DNA of 32,000 nucleotides, taken from an uncultured Erysipelotrichaceae bacterium (lineage in GTDB: Bacteria > Bacillota_I > Bacilli_A > Erysipelotrichales > Erysipelotrichaceae). Shown here one piece after another: positions 11,901 to 19,820 of the stretch (position 1 is the stretch's first letter; every line of letters begins with the position of its first letter). The position numbers were made by a program, and so were the translations under genes. The stretch lies in NCBI GenBank assembly GCA_942493105.1, contig OW818668.1, positions 450,001 to 482,000 of the forward strand, written 5' to 3'. The notes beneath the pieces were generated by a model. The model saw only the letters and a list, made by a program, of their open reading frames with translations. It had not been told where the DNA came from and did not search any database.

Positions 11901-13131
11901 GCATATAAAGGCCTTTGTTTAAGACTCTTAATAAAGCTGCTTTTTCTTCACGGTCGATGATGACATCAGGTTTAAGAATGACTTCTTTACCGTCTTTATC
12001 AATATATTTGACTTCATTGCCTTGAGCATCTCTGATCTCCATGGCGAGTTTGTTGCCGACCATACGATCGACGACACTGAGTTTTTTACCTAATTTATAA
12101 CGACCCGCTTTGGTGAGATCATAACGTCTGTTGTCGAAGAATTTCGACTTCATCAAATTCTTTGCGCCTTCTTCAGTCGCAATTTCATCTGCACGCTGAT
12201 TGTTATAGATGTCATATAAAGCTTCACGCGTTGTTCTGACTTTATCCGATAATAAGGTATTGATCATATCTGGATATTCTCCAAAGAATGCTGTAAACAT
12301 CAACAGATAATGGTTGATGAATTCACGTTCATCACCAAAGATATCTTGGCGTGTCGTGTTATATCCTAATGCCCCTAAGAAAGTCCTAAAGGCCGTTGTA
12401 TCATAAGCATCTTCGGCTTTTTCAGTATCGAAAGAAAAACCAATGGCTTTAAACAAGATGGAAGATAAGATCTTACGCTTACGATCGATGGAGACATTGA
12501 TCTGGAAGTCGGAATCCGCAAAGTTATTGTCTGCAGCAGATGCTTTTGAAGCTGCCGTTGTTTTCTTTACCGCAGACATGAATTCAAGCCAGGTTCCACG
12601 AGATGGGATCAGTTCTGAATTGTATTTGTCTTGTTGATTGCCTACTTTATCTTTAAGCGGTTCATAGTAGTAATAAGCACCAGGTGAACGAACGATCTGA
12701 GATACGATAACGCGTTCTGCTCCGTTGATAATGAAAGTTCCGGTTTCAGTCATCAGCGGGAATTCTCCCAAGAAGACATCTTCATGACGTTCCGTGATTT
12801 CACCGGTGGCGTTATTTAAGATTTCTAACTTCATGTGCGCTTTTAAGGGAGCTGCGTAATTGGCTTCCCTTTCTTTGCATTCCCCAACGCTATACTTGGG
12901 AGCTGCAAATTCGAAGGAGATAAAATCCAAACGGACATTTTCACCGTGATTGACGATGGGGTAAATCTCTTGGAATACTTCCTTTATGCCTTCTTTGGTA
13001 AACCAGTCGAAGGAGTCTGTCTGGATTTCAACCAGATTGGGTAAATCGAGGGTGCCGCTGACTTTGGAATAGTCTCGACGTGCTGCCTTTTTACCGTATT
13101 GCGTGATACGGTAGGATTCTTGTTTCTTCAT
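8914..13131 (-). CDS. rpoB: DNA-directed RNA polymerase subunit beta
   Basis: The ORF is open from 13158 (1414 aa). I prefer the ATG at 13131 ([15 protein letters not shown]) because GAAAGGA lies 8 nt upstream. Motifs include rif cluster [43 protein letters not shown] and the NYEDA region. The stop TAA shares one nucleotide with the rpoC ATG (TAATG). Confidence 0.96.
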   Translation of the reverse strand: MKKQESYRITQYGKKAARRDYSKVSGTLDLPNLVEIQTDSFDWFTKEGIKEVFQEIYPIVNHGENVRLDFISFEFAAPKYSVGECKEREANYAAPLKAHMKLEILNNATGEITERHEDVFLGEFPLMTETGTFIINGAERVIVSQIVRSPGAYYYYEPLKDKVGNQQDKYNSELIPSRGTWLEFMSAVKKTTAASKASAADNNFADSDFQINVSIDRKRKILSSILFKAIGFSFDTEKAEDAYDTTAFRTFLGALGYNTTRQDIFGDEREFINHYLLMFTAFFGEYPDMINTLLSDKVRTTREALYDIYNNQRADEIATEEGAKNLMKSKFFDNRRYDLTKAGRYKLGKKLSVVDRMVGNKLAMEIRDAQGNEVKYIDKDGKEVILKPDVIIDREEKAALLRVLNKGLYMQAMPFNPYFSFPESIAVKTVDRDALVGRILANSVEINDFRLDKGTVITFQDAVTLETLVDTVLVYEGLIARKLTLNKANFNSVMSYGQRLFVIGRILINDKDAMSKDEVLIPTFEPSKDRMVLSIDKERELRSELGDKDAECWLVGTAVQQVYVKAKENDDLIKIIGTDPLLIKKTVTMSDMIASYDYLLNLHTGVGETDDIDQLGNRRIRTVGELIQNQFRIGLSRMERVVKERMSINADLGGLTPKSLTNIRPLTAAIKEFFSSSQLSQFMDQTNPLAELTNKRRISALGPGGLTRERAGFEVRDVHASHYGRICPIETPEGPNIGLISNLTSYGRVNEYGFIQTPYRKVMKDGTVSNEVIYLSSDDEMDYNIAQANEVVDGKLAHDEVVVRYKGDHIKVLKDQVELADVSPKQIVSVATACIPFLENDDASRALMGANMQRQAIPLLRPRSPYVGTGIEHRIAADSGSAVISHHQGLVTYVDANKVVVTADDGAHTYDLMKFKRSNQGTCINQTPLVRKGDMVDRGDVLADGPSMQSGELALGQNVKIAFMTWYGYNYEDAVIMSERLVKDDVYTSIHIEEYDLEVRDTKLGDEEITRDIPNVSQDACRHLDAQGIVMIGAEVKEGDILVGKVTPKGQSEISPEEKLLLAIFGDKSREVRDNSLKVPHGGSGIVQAVRIFDREDGHDLAPGVKRVVKVYIVQKRKISEGDKMAGRHGNKGVISKILPVEDMPFLPDGSQVDIMLNPFGVPSRMNIGQVLEIHLGMAAEKLGVKFATPVFDGINNEELKDIMREAEMTEDGKTILFDGRTGEQFDERISVGVMYMIKLAHMVDDKLHARATGPYSLVTQQPLGGKAQNGGQRFGEMEVWALEAYGASSTLQEILTIKSDDIMGRTKTYEAIIKGKDIPEPGVPESFRVLKHELNALGIDVKLLDEDKQEVDMKKIEVEDNSVLDVEPILPTELGLDDEDIPDMIEDEIPEAAVVGADDQEDLM

Positions 13132-13212
13132 GCGCGCCATCCTTTCGAAGTGTATCATAACGCTTAAAAGGGCTTAAAATCCCGTTTAATTTCGTTAGTT
13201 ATGCAATTTATT

Positions 13213-13241
13213 ATATTATCAAAGTTTATTCAATAAGTCAA
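13213..13241 (-). promoter_or_regulatory. Sigma-A type promoter of rpoB-rpoC
   Basis: Minus strand reads TTGACT (13241..13236), a 17-nt spacer, then TAATAT (13218..13213). The -35 element overlaps the TGA stop of the upstream methyltransferase gene. Confidence 0.65.
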
Positions 13242-13831
13242 TCTTTATCAGATTTTATTATTTCATAGCCTTTATGGAGTTTGATTCTTGAAACAAGCGG
13301 GAAGATCGTTTGCAGTTCTTTGAAGCTGGATGCCGCCCCTTGTTGCCGTCTGACCACGATGATCAGCGACCCTTGAGGTTTTAGATGTTTGTAAGCATTG
13401 CGGTAAAGCTCAAAGATGGTTTCTTTTCCAGTGCGTATGGGAGGATTAAGTAAGATATGGTCATAGAGCTTACCTAAGTCTTCACGTGCGTCTTTCACTG
13501 TATAATTGGCTTCTAGTCCAAGTCTTTGGGCAGAAGCATTGGCACAATCCACAGCCTTGATATTGACATCGATCCCATCGATCAACACCGATGGATCGAA
13601 ATGTTTAACCAATAAACCCACTAACCCATATCCACAACCCATATCCAAGATCTGTCCAGAGACTTTTAGTTCAATGGCTGTCTTGGCTAATAAAAGTGAT
13701 CCTTCATCAGGCTTAGACTTTGAAAAAATCCCATCATCGCTGATAAAGGTCAAATCATGGCCCAAAAACCGGAAAGACAGTTCTTTCCGGTTACTGGGTG
13801 TGTTTTCTGAGTTTTTAAAGTAGTGAGTCAA
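13238..13831 (-). CDS. Class I SAM-dependent methyltransferase, RsmC/RlmG-like small form (in the position of B. subtilis ybxB)
   Basis: 197 aa. SAM motif I is ILDMGCGYGLVG and motif IV is LLNPPIRTG (the NPP type seen in N-methylating RNA/DNA MTases). It lies between rplL and rpoB, as ybxB does in Bacillus. Confidence 0.85.
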   Translation of the reverse strand: MTHYFKNSENTPSNRKELSFRFLGHDLTFISDDGIFSKSKPDEGSLLLAKTAIELKVSGQILDMGCGYGLVGLLVKHFDPSVLIDGIDVNIKAVDCANASAQRLGLEANYTVKDAREDLGKLYDHILLNPPIRTGKETIFELYRNAYKHLKPQGSLIIVVRRQQGAASSFKELQTIFPLVSRIKLHKGYEIIKSDKD

Positions 13832-13859
13832 GTTTCACCAGCACTTTTCAGTGACCGGA

Positions 13860-14231
13860 TTACTTAATTTCGACGACGGCGCCGGCAGCTTCAAGAATTT
13901 TCTTGAATTCAGCAGCTTCTTCAGGTTTAACTTTTTCTTTGATTGCCATTGGGGTCTTATCGACTAAACCCTTCGCTTCAACCAAGCCTAAGCCTGTGAT
14001 TTCACGAACAGCCTTGATGACGCCGACTTTTGAAGGTCCAACTTCTTTCAAGATAACATCAACTTCAACTGGTCCAGCAGGAGCAGCTTCGACAACTGCA
14101 GCAGCAGCAGCGACAGGTGCAGCAGCACTGACCCCGAATTCAACTTCAATTGCTTTAATGAGGTCATTCAATTCGAGAATGGTCATATCCTTTAAGGACG
14201 CAATTACATCTTGTGCATTTAATTTAGCCAT
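13860..14231 (-). CDS. rplL: 50S ribosomal protein L7/L12
   Basis: 123 aa. It has an Ala-rich hinge ([18 protein letters not shown]) and the C-terminal domain [12 protein letters not shown]...[12 protein letters not shown]. Confidence 0.98.
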   Translation of the reverse strand: MAKLNAQDVIASLKDMTILELNDLIKAIEVEFGVSAAAPVAAAAAVVEAAPAGPVEVDVILKEVGPSKVGVIKAVREITGLGLVEAKGLVDKTPMAIKEKVKPEEAAEFKKILEAAGAVVEIK

Positions 14232-14250
14232 GTTTTTTCTCCTTGTTTAA

Positions 14251-14742
14251 TTAAACAGTTTTCTGATCTGCGATTTGCTGTAAAGCATAGGCGAATTTAC
14301 GGACTGGTGATTGTAACATCCCCAAAATCTGTGAATACATGCCCTCTCTTGTTGGCAAAGCAGATACTTCAATGATTTTACCGGCGTCGCACACTGTGCC
14401 TTCGACGATACCACCTTTTAAGACTAACTTCTTGTGCTTCTTAGCAAATTTAGCTAAGATGCGGCTTGGTGCCACAGCGTCAGCGCCAAAAGCGATGGCG
14501 TTAGGACCTGTGAGGGATGAAGACAAAGCATCATAACCTAGATCTGTAGCAGCACGTTGAGTGAATGAATTCTTATAAACTGTGAATTCAATTCCTTCTT
14601 TACGTAGCTCACGACGAAGATCTGTTACTTCTTTGACACTCAGCCCGCGATATTCGACTACGACGGCAGATTTTGAAGTTTTCAGTTTTTCTGTAACTTC
14701 ATTGACCATGACCTTCTTAGCATCGAGTATCGATTGGTTCAT
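14251..14742 (-). CDS. rplJ: 50S ribosomal protein L10
   Basis: 163 aa. AVVVEYRGLSVKEVTDLRRELRKEGIEFTVYKN is typical of L10. AAGGAGG SD upstream. It lies directly upstream of rplL. Confidence 0.97.
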   Translation of the reverse strand: MNQSILDAKKVMVNEVTEKLKTSKSAVVVEYRGLSVKEVTDLRRELRKEGIEFTVYKNSFTQRAATDLGYDALSSSLTGPNAIAFGADAVAPSRILAKFAKKHKKLVLKGGIVEGTVCDAGKIIEVSALPTREGMYSQILGMLQSPVRKFAYALQQIADQKTV

Positions 14743-14890
14743 AGACTTACCTCCTTGTTGTTTTCAATACACCTACGTCATAAAAAACCCATGTCCTCAG
14801 ACATGGGCAAAAAGTTTCTTAACTTTTACCTCGGCAACGAATTAAGCCAGATATTGGCAGTTGCTGTCTGTGGTATATTGAACACTACTT
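14743..14890 (-). promoter_or_regulatory. Candidate L10 (rplJ) leader with an attenuator terminator
   Basis: A roughly 140-nt 5' UTR lies between the promoter at 14891-14918 and rplJ. It contains the hairpin GCCCATGTC-TGAG-GACATGGG (14788-14808) followed by TTTTTTAT on the minus strand, about 40 nt before the start codon. Firmicute L10 leaders act by transcription attenuation. The upstream L10-binding fold was not verified. Confidence 0.5.
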
Positions 14891-14918
14891 ATTCTATAGG
14901 ATTAAAAGTTAAAGTCAA
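14891..14918 (-). promoter_or_regulatory. Sigma-A type promoter of rplJ-rplL
   Basis: Minus strand reads TTGACT (14918..14913), a 16-nt spacer, then TAGAAT (14896..14891). Confidence 0.6.
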
Positions 14919-14939
14919 GTAAAAGTTATGCTTAATGAG

Positions 14940-15770
14940 TTATGAAGCAGAAACCAGAGTTTTCTTTTTCTTACGCAGGATCAAAGTTTCAGAGCCTGCT
15001 GTAATAATGGCGATCAAGACCATGATCGAACCAAACTGGGCAACAACTTCAACTGTTTTAGTGATGTTAAAGGATGCGCCTAATCCGCCTCTATAGCCTC
15101 CAATGCCTTCTTCAGTTTCATCATGCTCAATGGTTTCACCTGTGGTATTTCGACCTTGGCCTTTACCACCACCTTTACCTTCGTAACCTTCTGGCCATCC
15201 GCTTTCACTTTCAACCAAAGGAATGACAGGAGATGCGATCCAAGGTAAGAAATCACTGTTGATAAGGCCAAATACTCCAAACACAACAGTACTTATCAAT
15301 GCTACAGAGGCGAGTGGTTTGATGGCAAACTTAGGTATCGATACGATTCTTTTAAACATTGCCTTAATAAATGGCCAATGTAGACCTGTGTGGATCCCTA
15401 CAAGAAGCAAGGCAAGTGCGGAGAAGAAATAATGAGCTGTCTTAAAAATTTCTACCTCTTCAAATAAATCTGGAAAAACTGCTTTAGACATGGTAATTCC
15501 GCTTAAGATGATGATCAAAAAACTGATCAACAGTAATACATCTAGAACATAACCAAGTCGAACTTTGAAAGGAACCTGTTTACTAAAGAATTTGCGTGTG
15601 AACGAGACAATCCATTTTGTATTCAATAACAGATGAATCATAAACATCCCAAATAAAACTAAACCAAAAATTTCATGAAAGGTTAATCCAACTGCTGCCA
15701 CACTAAATAGAGTAAAAAGCCCTATCGCCATTACGATATCCAAAGCTAACTTGATCCAATTCTTTTTCAT
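14940..15770 (-). CDS. DUF4405-like polytopic membrane protein (cytochrome b-like His-bearing helices) with a Gly-rich loop
   Basis: 276 aa with about 6 predicted TM helices. The signature FHEIFGLVLFGMFMIHLLLNTKW, plus TAHYFF and GIHTGLHW, places conserved His residues in the helices as in the DUF4405 family. There is a G/K/R-rich loop (EGKGGGKGQGRNTTGE...GIGGYRGGLGA). AAGGAGCAGG SD upstream. Confidence 0.7.
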   Translation of the reverse strand: MKKNWIKLALDIVMAIGLFTLFSVAAVGLTFHEIFGLVLFGMFMIHLLLNTKWIVSFTRKFFSKQVPFKVRLGYVLDVLLLISFLIIILSGITMSKAVFPDLFEEVEIFKTAHYFFSALALLLVGIHTGLHWPFIKAMFKRIVSIPKFAIKPLASVALISTVVFGVFGLINSDFLPWIASPVIPLVESESGWPEGYEGKGGGKGQGRNTTGETIEHDETEEGIGGYRGGLGASFNITKTVEVVAQFGSIMVLIAIITAGSETLILRKKKKTLVSAS

Positions 15771-15843
15771 ACCTGCTCCTTATGTTTATGGGCTTAGTAT
15801 ATTGATCAATTATGACAAATCTATGTCGAAAAATCCTTTAAAT

Positions 15844-15871
15844 AAAAAAAGCGTTCACTTTTGTGAACGCT
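15844..15871 (-). terminator. Intrinsic terminator after rplA
   Basis: Minus-strand RNA reads AGCGTTCAC-AAAA-GTGAACGCT followed by TTTTTTTATTT. It begins 6 nt after the rplA stop. Confidence 0.85.
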
Positions 15872-15877
15872 CGTCTT

Positions 15878-16561
15878 TTATTCGTGAGTGACTTTGATGC
15901 CAGGGCCCATTGTTGAAGAAATAACGACATTCTTCATATAGTTGCCTTTGACAGCAGAAGGACGTGCTTTGCGGATCAAATCCAACAAAGTTGTTAAGTT
16001 TTCTGCCAATTGTTCATCAGTGAAGGATACTCTTCCAAATAAGCAAGAAATGTTACCTTCTTTATCGACACGGTATTCAACTTTACCTTTTTTGATGTCT
16101 TTAACAGCTTTAGCGACATCCATTGTAACTGTTCCGGTCTTAGGATTTGGCATCAAACCTTTAGGACCTAAGATCTTCCCTAATTTACCAAGTTCACCCA
16201 TCATATCTGGGGTAGCAACGATGATGTCGAAATCGAACCATCCGCCTTTGATTTTTTCAAGAATTTCTTTGTTTCCAACAAAGTCTGCGCCAGCTTCAGT
16301 AGCTTCTTTTTCTTTAGCACCTTGTGTTATGACCAAGACTTTTTGGCTTCTGCCGGTTCCATTAGGTAACACGACAGCACCACGGATCTGTTGATCAGCA
16401 TGACGAGGATCTACATTAAGGTTCAATGATAGTTGAACCGAGGAATCGAATTTTTCGAAACATGTTTGTTTCAGAAGTGCAATGGCTTCTGTAATCTCAT
16501 AACGTTTTTCACGGTCGACCAGTTTGGCAGCCGCTAAATACTTTTTACCTGTTTTAGCCAT
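15878..16561 (-). CDS. rplA: 50S ribosomal protein L1
   Basis: 227 aa. MAKTGKKY...[22 protein letters not shown]...[15 protein letters not shown] is canonical L1. Confidence 0.98.
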   Translation of the reverse strand: MAKTGKKYLAAAKLVDREKRYEITEAIALLKQTCFEKFDSSVQLSLNLNVDPRHADQQIRGAVVLPNGTGRSQKVLVITQGAKEKEATEAGADFVGNKEILEKIKGGWFDFDIIVATPDMMGELGKLGKILGPKGLMPNPKTGTVTMDVAKAVKDIKKGKVEYRVDKEGNISCLFGRVSFTDEQLAENLTTLLDLIRKARPSAVKGNYMKNVVISSTMGPGIKVTHE

Positions 16562-16569
16562 GTTGCCTC

Positions 16570-16992
16570 CTAGTTCTTGTAGCCTTCGATTTCAATGCCC
16601 ATATTACGAGCGGTACCGGCAACGATCGCCATAGCACCTTCTACATCATTGGCATTCAAATCTGGCATTTTGTATTCTGCAATGCTTCTAAGATCATCAA
16701 TGGAGATCTTACCGACTTTTGTGGTCTTAGCATTGGCTGATCCTTTGGCAAGTTTTGCTGCTTTAAGCAACATAACGGATGCTGGGACAGTCTTTAAAAC
16801 GAAATTAAATGATTTGTCTTCATAAGCTGTGATGATGACAGGGATGATATCGCCTGCACGATCACGCGTCGCATCGTTAAATGCGCTGCAGAACTGAGGC
16901 ATATTGACCCCAGCAGAAGCCAAAGCTGGTCCTGGGCGTGCTCCGCCGGCAGGGAATTGGAGCTTGACTACTTTAGTAATTTTCTTACTCAC
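16570..16992 (-). CDS. rplK: 50S ribosomal protein L11
   Basis: 140 aa. It uses a GTG start preceded by [40 protein letters not shown] is canonical L11. Confidence 0.97.
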   Translation of the reverse strand: MSKKITKVVKLQFPAGGARPGPALASAGVNMPQFCSAFNDATRDRAGDIIPVIITAYEDKSFNFVLKTVPASVMLLKAAKLAKGSANAKTTKVGKISIDDLRSIAEYKMPDLNANDVEGAMAIVAGTARNMGIEIEGYKN

Positions 16993-17079
16993 TGTACATT
17001 CCTCCTTATTGAATGAAAGCCGCGGTTTAAACGGACCTTACTGAGTCCTCCCACGAATTTGCCCATAATAGGCTTACAC

Positions 17080-17108
17080 ATTGTACACTATCAAAGAAAT
17101 ACAGTCAA
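17080..17108 (-). promoter_or_regulatory. Sigma-A type promoter of rplK-rplA
   Basis: Minus strand reads TTGACT (17108..17103), a 17-nt spacer, then TACAAT (17085..17080). The leader of roughly 80 nt contains GGGAGGACUCAGUAAGGUCC, which could be an L1-binding autoregulatory site. That site is unverified. Confidence 0.65.
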
Positions 17109-17112
17109 TGAT

Positions 17113-17137
17113 AAAAAAACACCCGTTAGGATGTTTA
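17113..17137 (-). terminator. Weak hairpin and U-tract at the nusG stop (possible partial terminator)
   Basis: Minus-strand RNA reads AACAUCC-UAAC-GGGUGUU (7 bp including one G-U pair) followed by UUUUUUAU. It overlaps the TAA stop of nusG. Confidence 0.4.
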
Positions 17138-17683
17138 GATGTTTACTTTTTCTAAGTCGATGTAGGCAATTTCAGTTGGGGTTTCACGTCCAAACAAGTT
17201 AATCAAGACAGCTGCTGTCTGAAGATCATTGTTCATGGATTCAACAGTACCTTCCATGCCCGAGAATGGACCTGAAGTGATACGAACTCTGTCTTTGAGA
17301 CCAAAGCTTACGATGATCGCAACTTCTGAGATACCCAAACGTTTGAAGATGTTTTCCATTTCTTCTTCAGAAACTGGGAAAGGTTTAGCACCGCCCCCTG
17401 AGGATCCAATAAATCCGGTTACTCCTGGGGTATTACGAATGATATACCAAGCTTCATCCGTCATGATCATCTGAACAAACAGATAACCAGGGAAAAGATT
17501 GGTCATTTTAGCACTAGGTTTCTTATTGGGCTTGATTTCGATTTCTTCAACTTCTGCCACGAGGATCTTGAAAATTAATTCTTGGATCCCAAAGGATTCA
17601 ACACGTGCTTCAAGATTTTCTTTAACACGGTTTTCATGGCCGGAGTAGGTATTTACAACATACCACTGTTTAGATTCTGTCAT
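17135..17683 (-). CDS. nusG: Transcription termination/antitermination factor NusG
   Basis: The track ORF starts at a TTG at 17692. The ATG at 17683 gives MTESKQWYVVNTYSGHENRVKENL, which matches the B. subtilis NusG N-terminus pattern (WYVVHTYSGYENKVK). The KOW region GPFSGMEGTVESM is present. Confidence 0.93.
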   Translation of the reverse strand: MTESKQWYVVNTYSGHENRVKENLEARVESFGIQELIFKILVAEVEEIEIKPNKKPSAKMTNLFPGYLFVQMIMTDEAWYIIRNTPGVTGFIGSSGGGAKPFPVSEEEMENIFKRLGISEVAIIVSFGLKDRVRITSGPFSGMEGTVESMNNDLQTAAVLINLFGRETPTEIAYIDLEKVNI

Positions 17684-17684
17684 G

Positions 17685-17870
17685 TTAGGCAACGATTCCG
17701 ATCCACCTTAATATGAAGGTAATGGCAAATTCAGTGAACACGAAGAAGATTCCAAAAGCGATTGTAAAGATCAAGACGACCGTAATGTTACGGCCTAATT
17801 CTGATCCCTTGGGCCAGCGGATTCTCTTAATTTCAGTAAAAATGCCTGTAAGACTAAACCATTTAAGCAT
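17685..17870 (-). CDS. secE: Preprotein translocase subunit SecE
   Basis: 61 aa. The IKRIRWPKGSEL motif is followed by a single TM helix. A GGAGG SD overlaps the rpmG stop. It sits in the rpmG-secE-nusG position. Confidence 0.9.
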   Translation of the reverse strand: MLKWFSLTGIFTEIKRIRWPKGSELGRNITVVLIFTIAFGIFFVFTEFAITFILRWIGIVA

Positions 17871-17881
17871 ACGATTGCCTC

Positions 17882-18040
17882 CTACTTGGTTTCTTTGTGC
17901 AGGGTCTGCTTGTTGCAGTGTTTACAGAATTTCATCAATTCCAAACGTGTCCCGGCTGAGGTTTTATTACGACGAGTAGAATAATTGCGATTGAGACAAA
18001 TACTACATGTTAATATGACGTTTTTGCTTTTGTCGCTCAT
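17882..18040 (-). CDS. rpmG: 50S ribosomal protein L33
   Basis: Not in the ORF track because it is under 60 aa. Reverse complement reads [52 protein letters not shown] (52 aa), with the CxxC...CxxC zinc-ribbon form of L33. AAGGGAGAA SD upstream. Confidence 0.92.
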   Translation of the reverse strand: MSDKSKNVILTCSICLNRNYSTRRNKTSAGTRLELMKFCKHCNKQTLHKETK

Positions 18041-18082
18041 CAGTTCTCCCTTAGTTGCTTAATTACTCTAACATAGAGTACA

Positions 18083-18694
18083 TTAAGTGTCAAACAGTGT
18101 GGGTAGTTTCTTCTTGATTTTCTGAAGGATGTTGTCGACGTCCTTTTCACTACATAATACCTTAGAACTTATTTCTTTATAACTGTATCCTAACGCATGC
18201 ATTTGATAGACTTTCCATTCCAAATCACTCAATGTCTTTTTAATAAATGGAATCTGATCATGAGCCCAAGAGACATAAGTGGCATAGACTGGATCGAAGT
18301 CGCTTTTTGTACAGGCGACGGTATCCATCAAGACCAAATTGTCATCTTCTGAAACACTCATGTCTAAACTCATCGCCATCGACAGAAGACTATAGGAACC
18401 CGATCGATATTTGCGTAATAGAGATCGGATTTCTCGCTCGACACATACTCTGGCGAAGGTCCCAAAACTGGCTTCTCTGTTTTCTTTGTAGTTGTTGACA
18501 GCTTCTAGCAGTCCAATCAAACCTTCTTGATACAAATCATCCAGATCGATATAAGCAGGTCTGGGTGATGGTACCAAGGCATGAATAATAGCCCAAATGG
18601 TACGATGATATCTCTGAACAAGCAATGCTTGGCTTTCCTCATCATTTTGTCTAACGTAATAGATCAACTCATAGTCACTGACTGACGGATTCAA
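18083..18694 (-). CDS. sigH: Sigma-70 family alternative sigma factor, SigH-like
   Basis: 203 aa. It uses a TTG start 7 nt after AAAGGAGGAA. Region 2 is DLYQEGLIGLLEAVNNYKENREASFGTFARVCVEREI. Region 4 is LSDLEWKVYQMHALGYSYKEISSKV. Both parallel B. subtilis SigH as I recall it (QEGMIGLYKSIRDFKEDKLTSFKAFAELCITRQI, LSDLERKVLVLYLDGRSYQEIADEL). The position between rlmB and rpmG is syntenic with Bacillus sigH. Confidence 0.75.
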   Translation of the reverse strand: MNPSVSDYELIYYVRQNDEESQALLVQRYHRTIWAIIHALVPSPRPAYIDLDDLYQEGLIGLLEAVNNYKENREASFGTFARVCVEREIRSLLRKYRSGSYSLLSMAMSLDMSVSEDDNLVLMDTVACTKSDFDPVYATYVSWAHDQIPFIKKTLSDLEWKVYQMHALGYSYKEISSKVLCSEKDVDNILQKIKKKLPTLFDT

Positions 18695-18712
18695 ACCACT
18701 TCCTCCTTTTGG

Positions 18713-19432
18713 TTATTTGAGGGGATGGCGTTGATTAAGCACTTCGTAGAGTAAGACGGCTGTGCTGACCGATGCATTCAGTGAGGTCACTTGACCATAC
18801 ATCGGTAGTTTAACGACCACATCAACATGCTTGAGCAAGAGTGGGGATATCCCTTTCCCCTCAGACCCAATCACAAGACAAACTTTGCCTTTAAAATCAG
18901 CTTTGCGATAATCGATCGCTTTAGGACTGTGTTCAGCCCCAAAGATCCAGAAACCCTGTTTCTTTAAGGTTTCAACGGTTTGAGTCAAATTGACAACCTC
19001 AATTGTTTTGACAGATACTATGGCTCCAGTGGACACTTTCGCGACGGTAGGTGTCAATCGAACCGAACCATGTTTAGGAATGATCACTCCATCGACTTCA
19101 GTCGCATCGGCCGTTCTTAAGATCGCACCTAAATTATGCGGATCCTCTAAACCATCTAGGATGATCAAGAGTGCTGATTCTTTTAGGGTATCGGTGACTT
19201 CTTTCAATGAATAGGTCTTGAAGTCATCGATTTCAGCCACGACGTGTTGATGAAGGCCTTCAAATCGATCAAATTCCTTGTTGGTTAATAAAACAATCGT
19301 AACATTCTCTTTTTGAGCAATGCCTTGGATTTCTCGATCGGTTTTATCCTTACTGAGATACAGACGATTAATTTTGTTGTGATTGAGAATCCATTGCTTG
19401 ACAACGTTTTTCCCATAGATGTATTGTGCCAT
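18713..19432 (-). CDS. rlmB: 23S rRNA 2'-O-ribose methyltransferase, SpoU/TrmH family (RlmB/YacO-like)
   Basis: 239 aa. It has the N-terminal substrate-binding domain (IYGKNVV), DPHNLGAILRTA and LVIGSEGKGIS motifs. Its position after mrnC matches Bacillus. Confidence 0.88.
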   Translation of the reverse strand: MAQYIYGKNVVKQWILNHNKINRLYLSKDKTDREIQGIAQKENVTIVLLTNKEFDRFEGLHQHVVAEIDDFKTYSLKEVTDTLKESALLIILDGLEDPHNLGAILRTADATEVDGVIIPKHGSVRLTPTVAKVSTGAIVSVKTIEVVNLTQTVETLKKQGFWIFGAEHSPKAIDYRKADFKGKVCLVIGSEGKGISPLLLKHVDVVVKLPMYGQVTSLNASVSTAVLLYEVLNQRHPLK

Positions 19433-19439
19433 ACTTCTC

Positions 19440-19820
19440 CTAAATGGTTGTTTTCATTTGGTTCCAAATCTGTTCCAAGCGTGTTTTGTTTTCAGTAAGA
19501 TACCAATAGCCAATCAAGGCTTCAAAGCCGGTTGCTTGACGATAAGTCACGACATCGGCATTTTTCGCAATACTGTCGCTGCGATGGTTTCTACCTCTTT
19601 TATAAATCAACAGTTCCTCTTCAGTCAGAATGTTTTCTGAAAGTAAGATCTGGACAAATTGAGCCTGTGCTTTTGCACTGACATATTTCGTACTGGTTTC
19701 TTGTAGGTCTTTGGCTTTAGTTAAGCCTGTTTCTAGTAGGTGTTGTCTGACATATAAGCTTAGTACCGCATCCCCAATAAAAGCCAATGAGGACCCATTT
19801 AAGAGCTCAGGTTGAATCAT
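19440..19820 (-). CDS. mrnC: Mini-ribonuclease III
   Basis: 126 aa. LAFIGDAVLSLYVRQHLL is an RNase III signature lacking a dsRBD. It overlaps the cysS stop by 4 nt (ATGA). The cysS-mrnC-rlmB order matches Bacillus. Confidence 0.88.
   Translation of the reverse strand: MIQPELLNGSSLAFIGDAVLSLYVRQHLLETGLTKAKDLQETSTKYVSAKAQAQFVQILLSENILTEEELLIYKRGRNHRSDSIAKNADVVTYRQATGFEALIGYWYLTENKTRLEQIWNQMKTTI

Noticed and set aside
3584-13000. Numerous 60-115 aa plus-strand ORFs inside rpoC and rpoB, for example 3584-3853, 4188-4472, 5421-5684, 7800-8051, 9404-9679 and 9979-10269.
   Set aside because: All lie antisense to strongly supported essential genes. They have low-complexity or biased composition, no SD and no recognisable motifs. 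They are typical shadow ORFs.
13506-14250. Plus-strand ORFs of 105 and 115 aa antisense to the methyltransferase and rplL genes.
   Set aside because: These are shadow ORFs. The Ala/Thr/Ser-rich translation mirrors the Ala-rich L12 hinge on the opposite strand.
16993-17079. Calling the rplK leader a defined L1-binding autoregulatory RNA.
   Set aside because: Only a GGGAGGAC...GGUCC segment is suggestive. I cannot verify the fold or consensus without a covariance-model scan. It is mentioned only as a note under the promoter feature.
17713-17979. An 88-aa plus-strand ORF across secE and rpmG.
   Set aside because: It is antisense to two conserved genes whose products are clearly recognisable, and it has no supporting signals.
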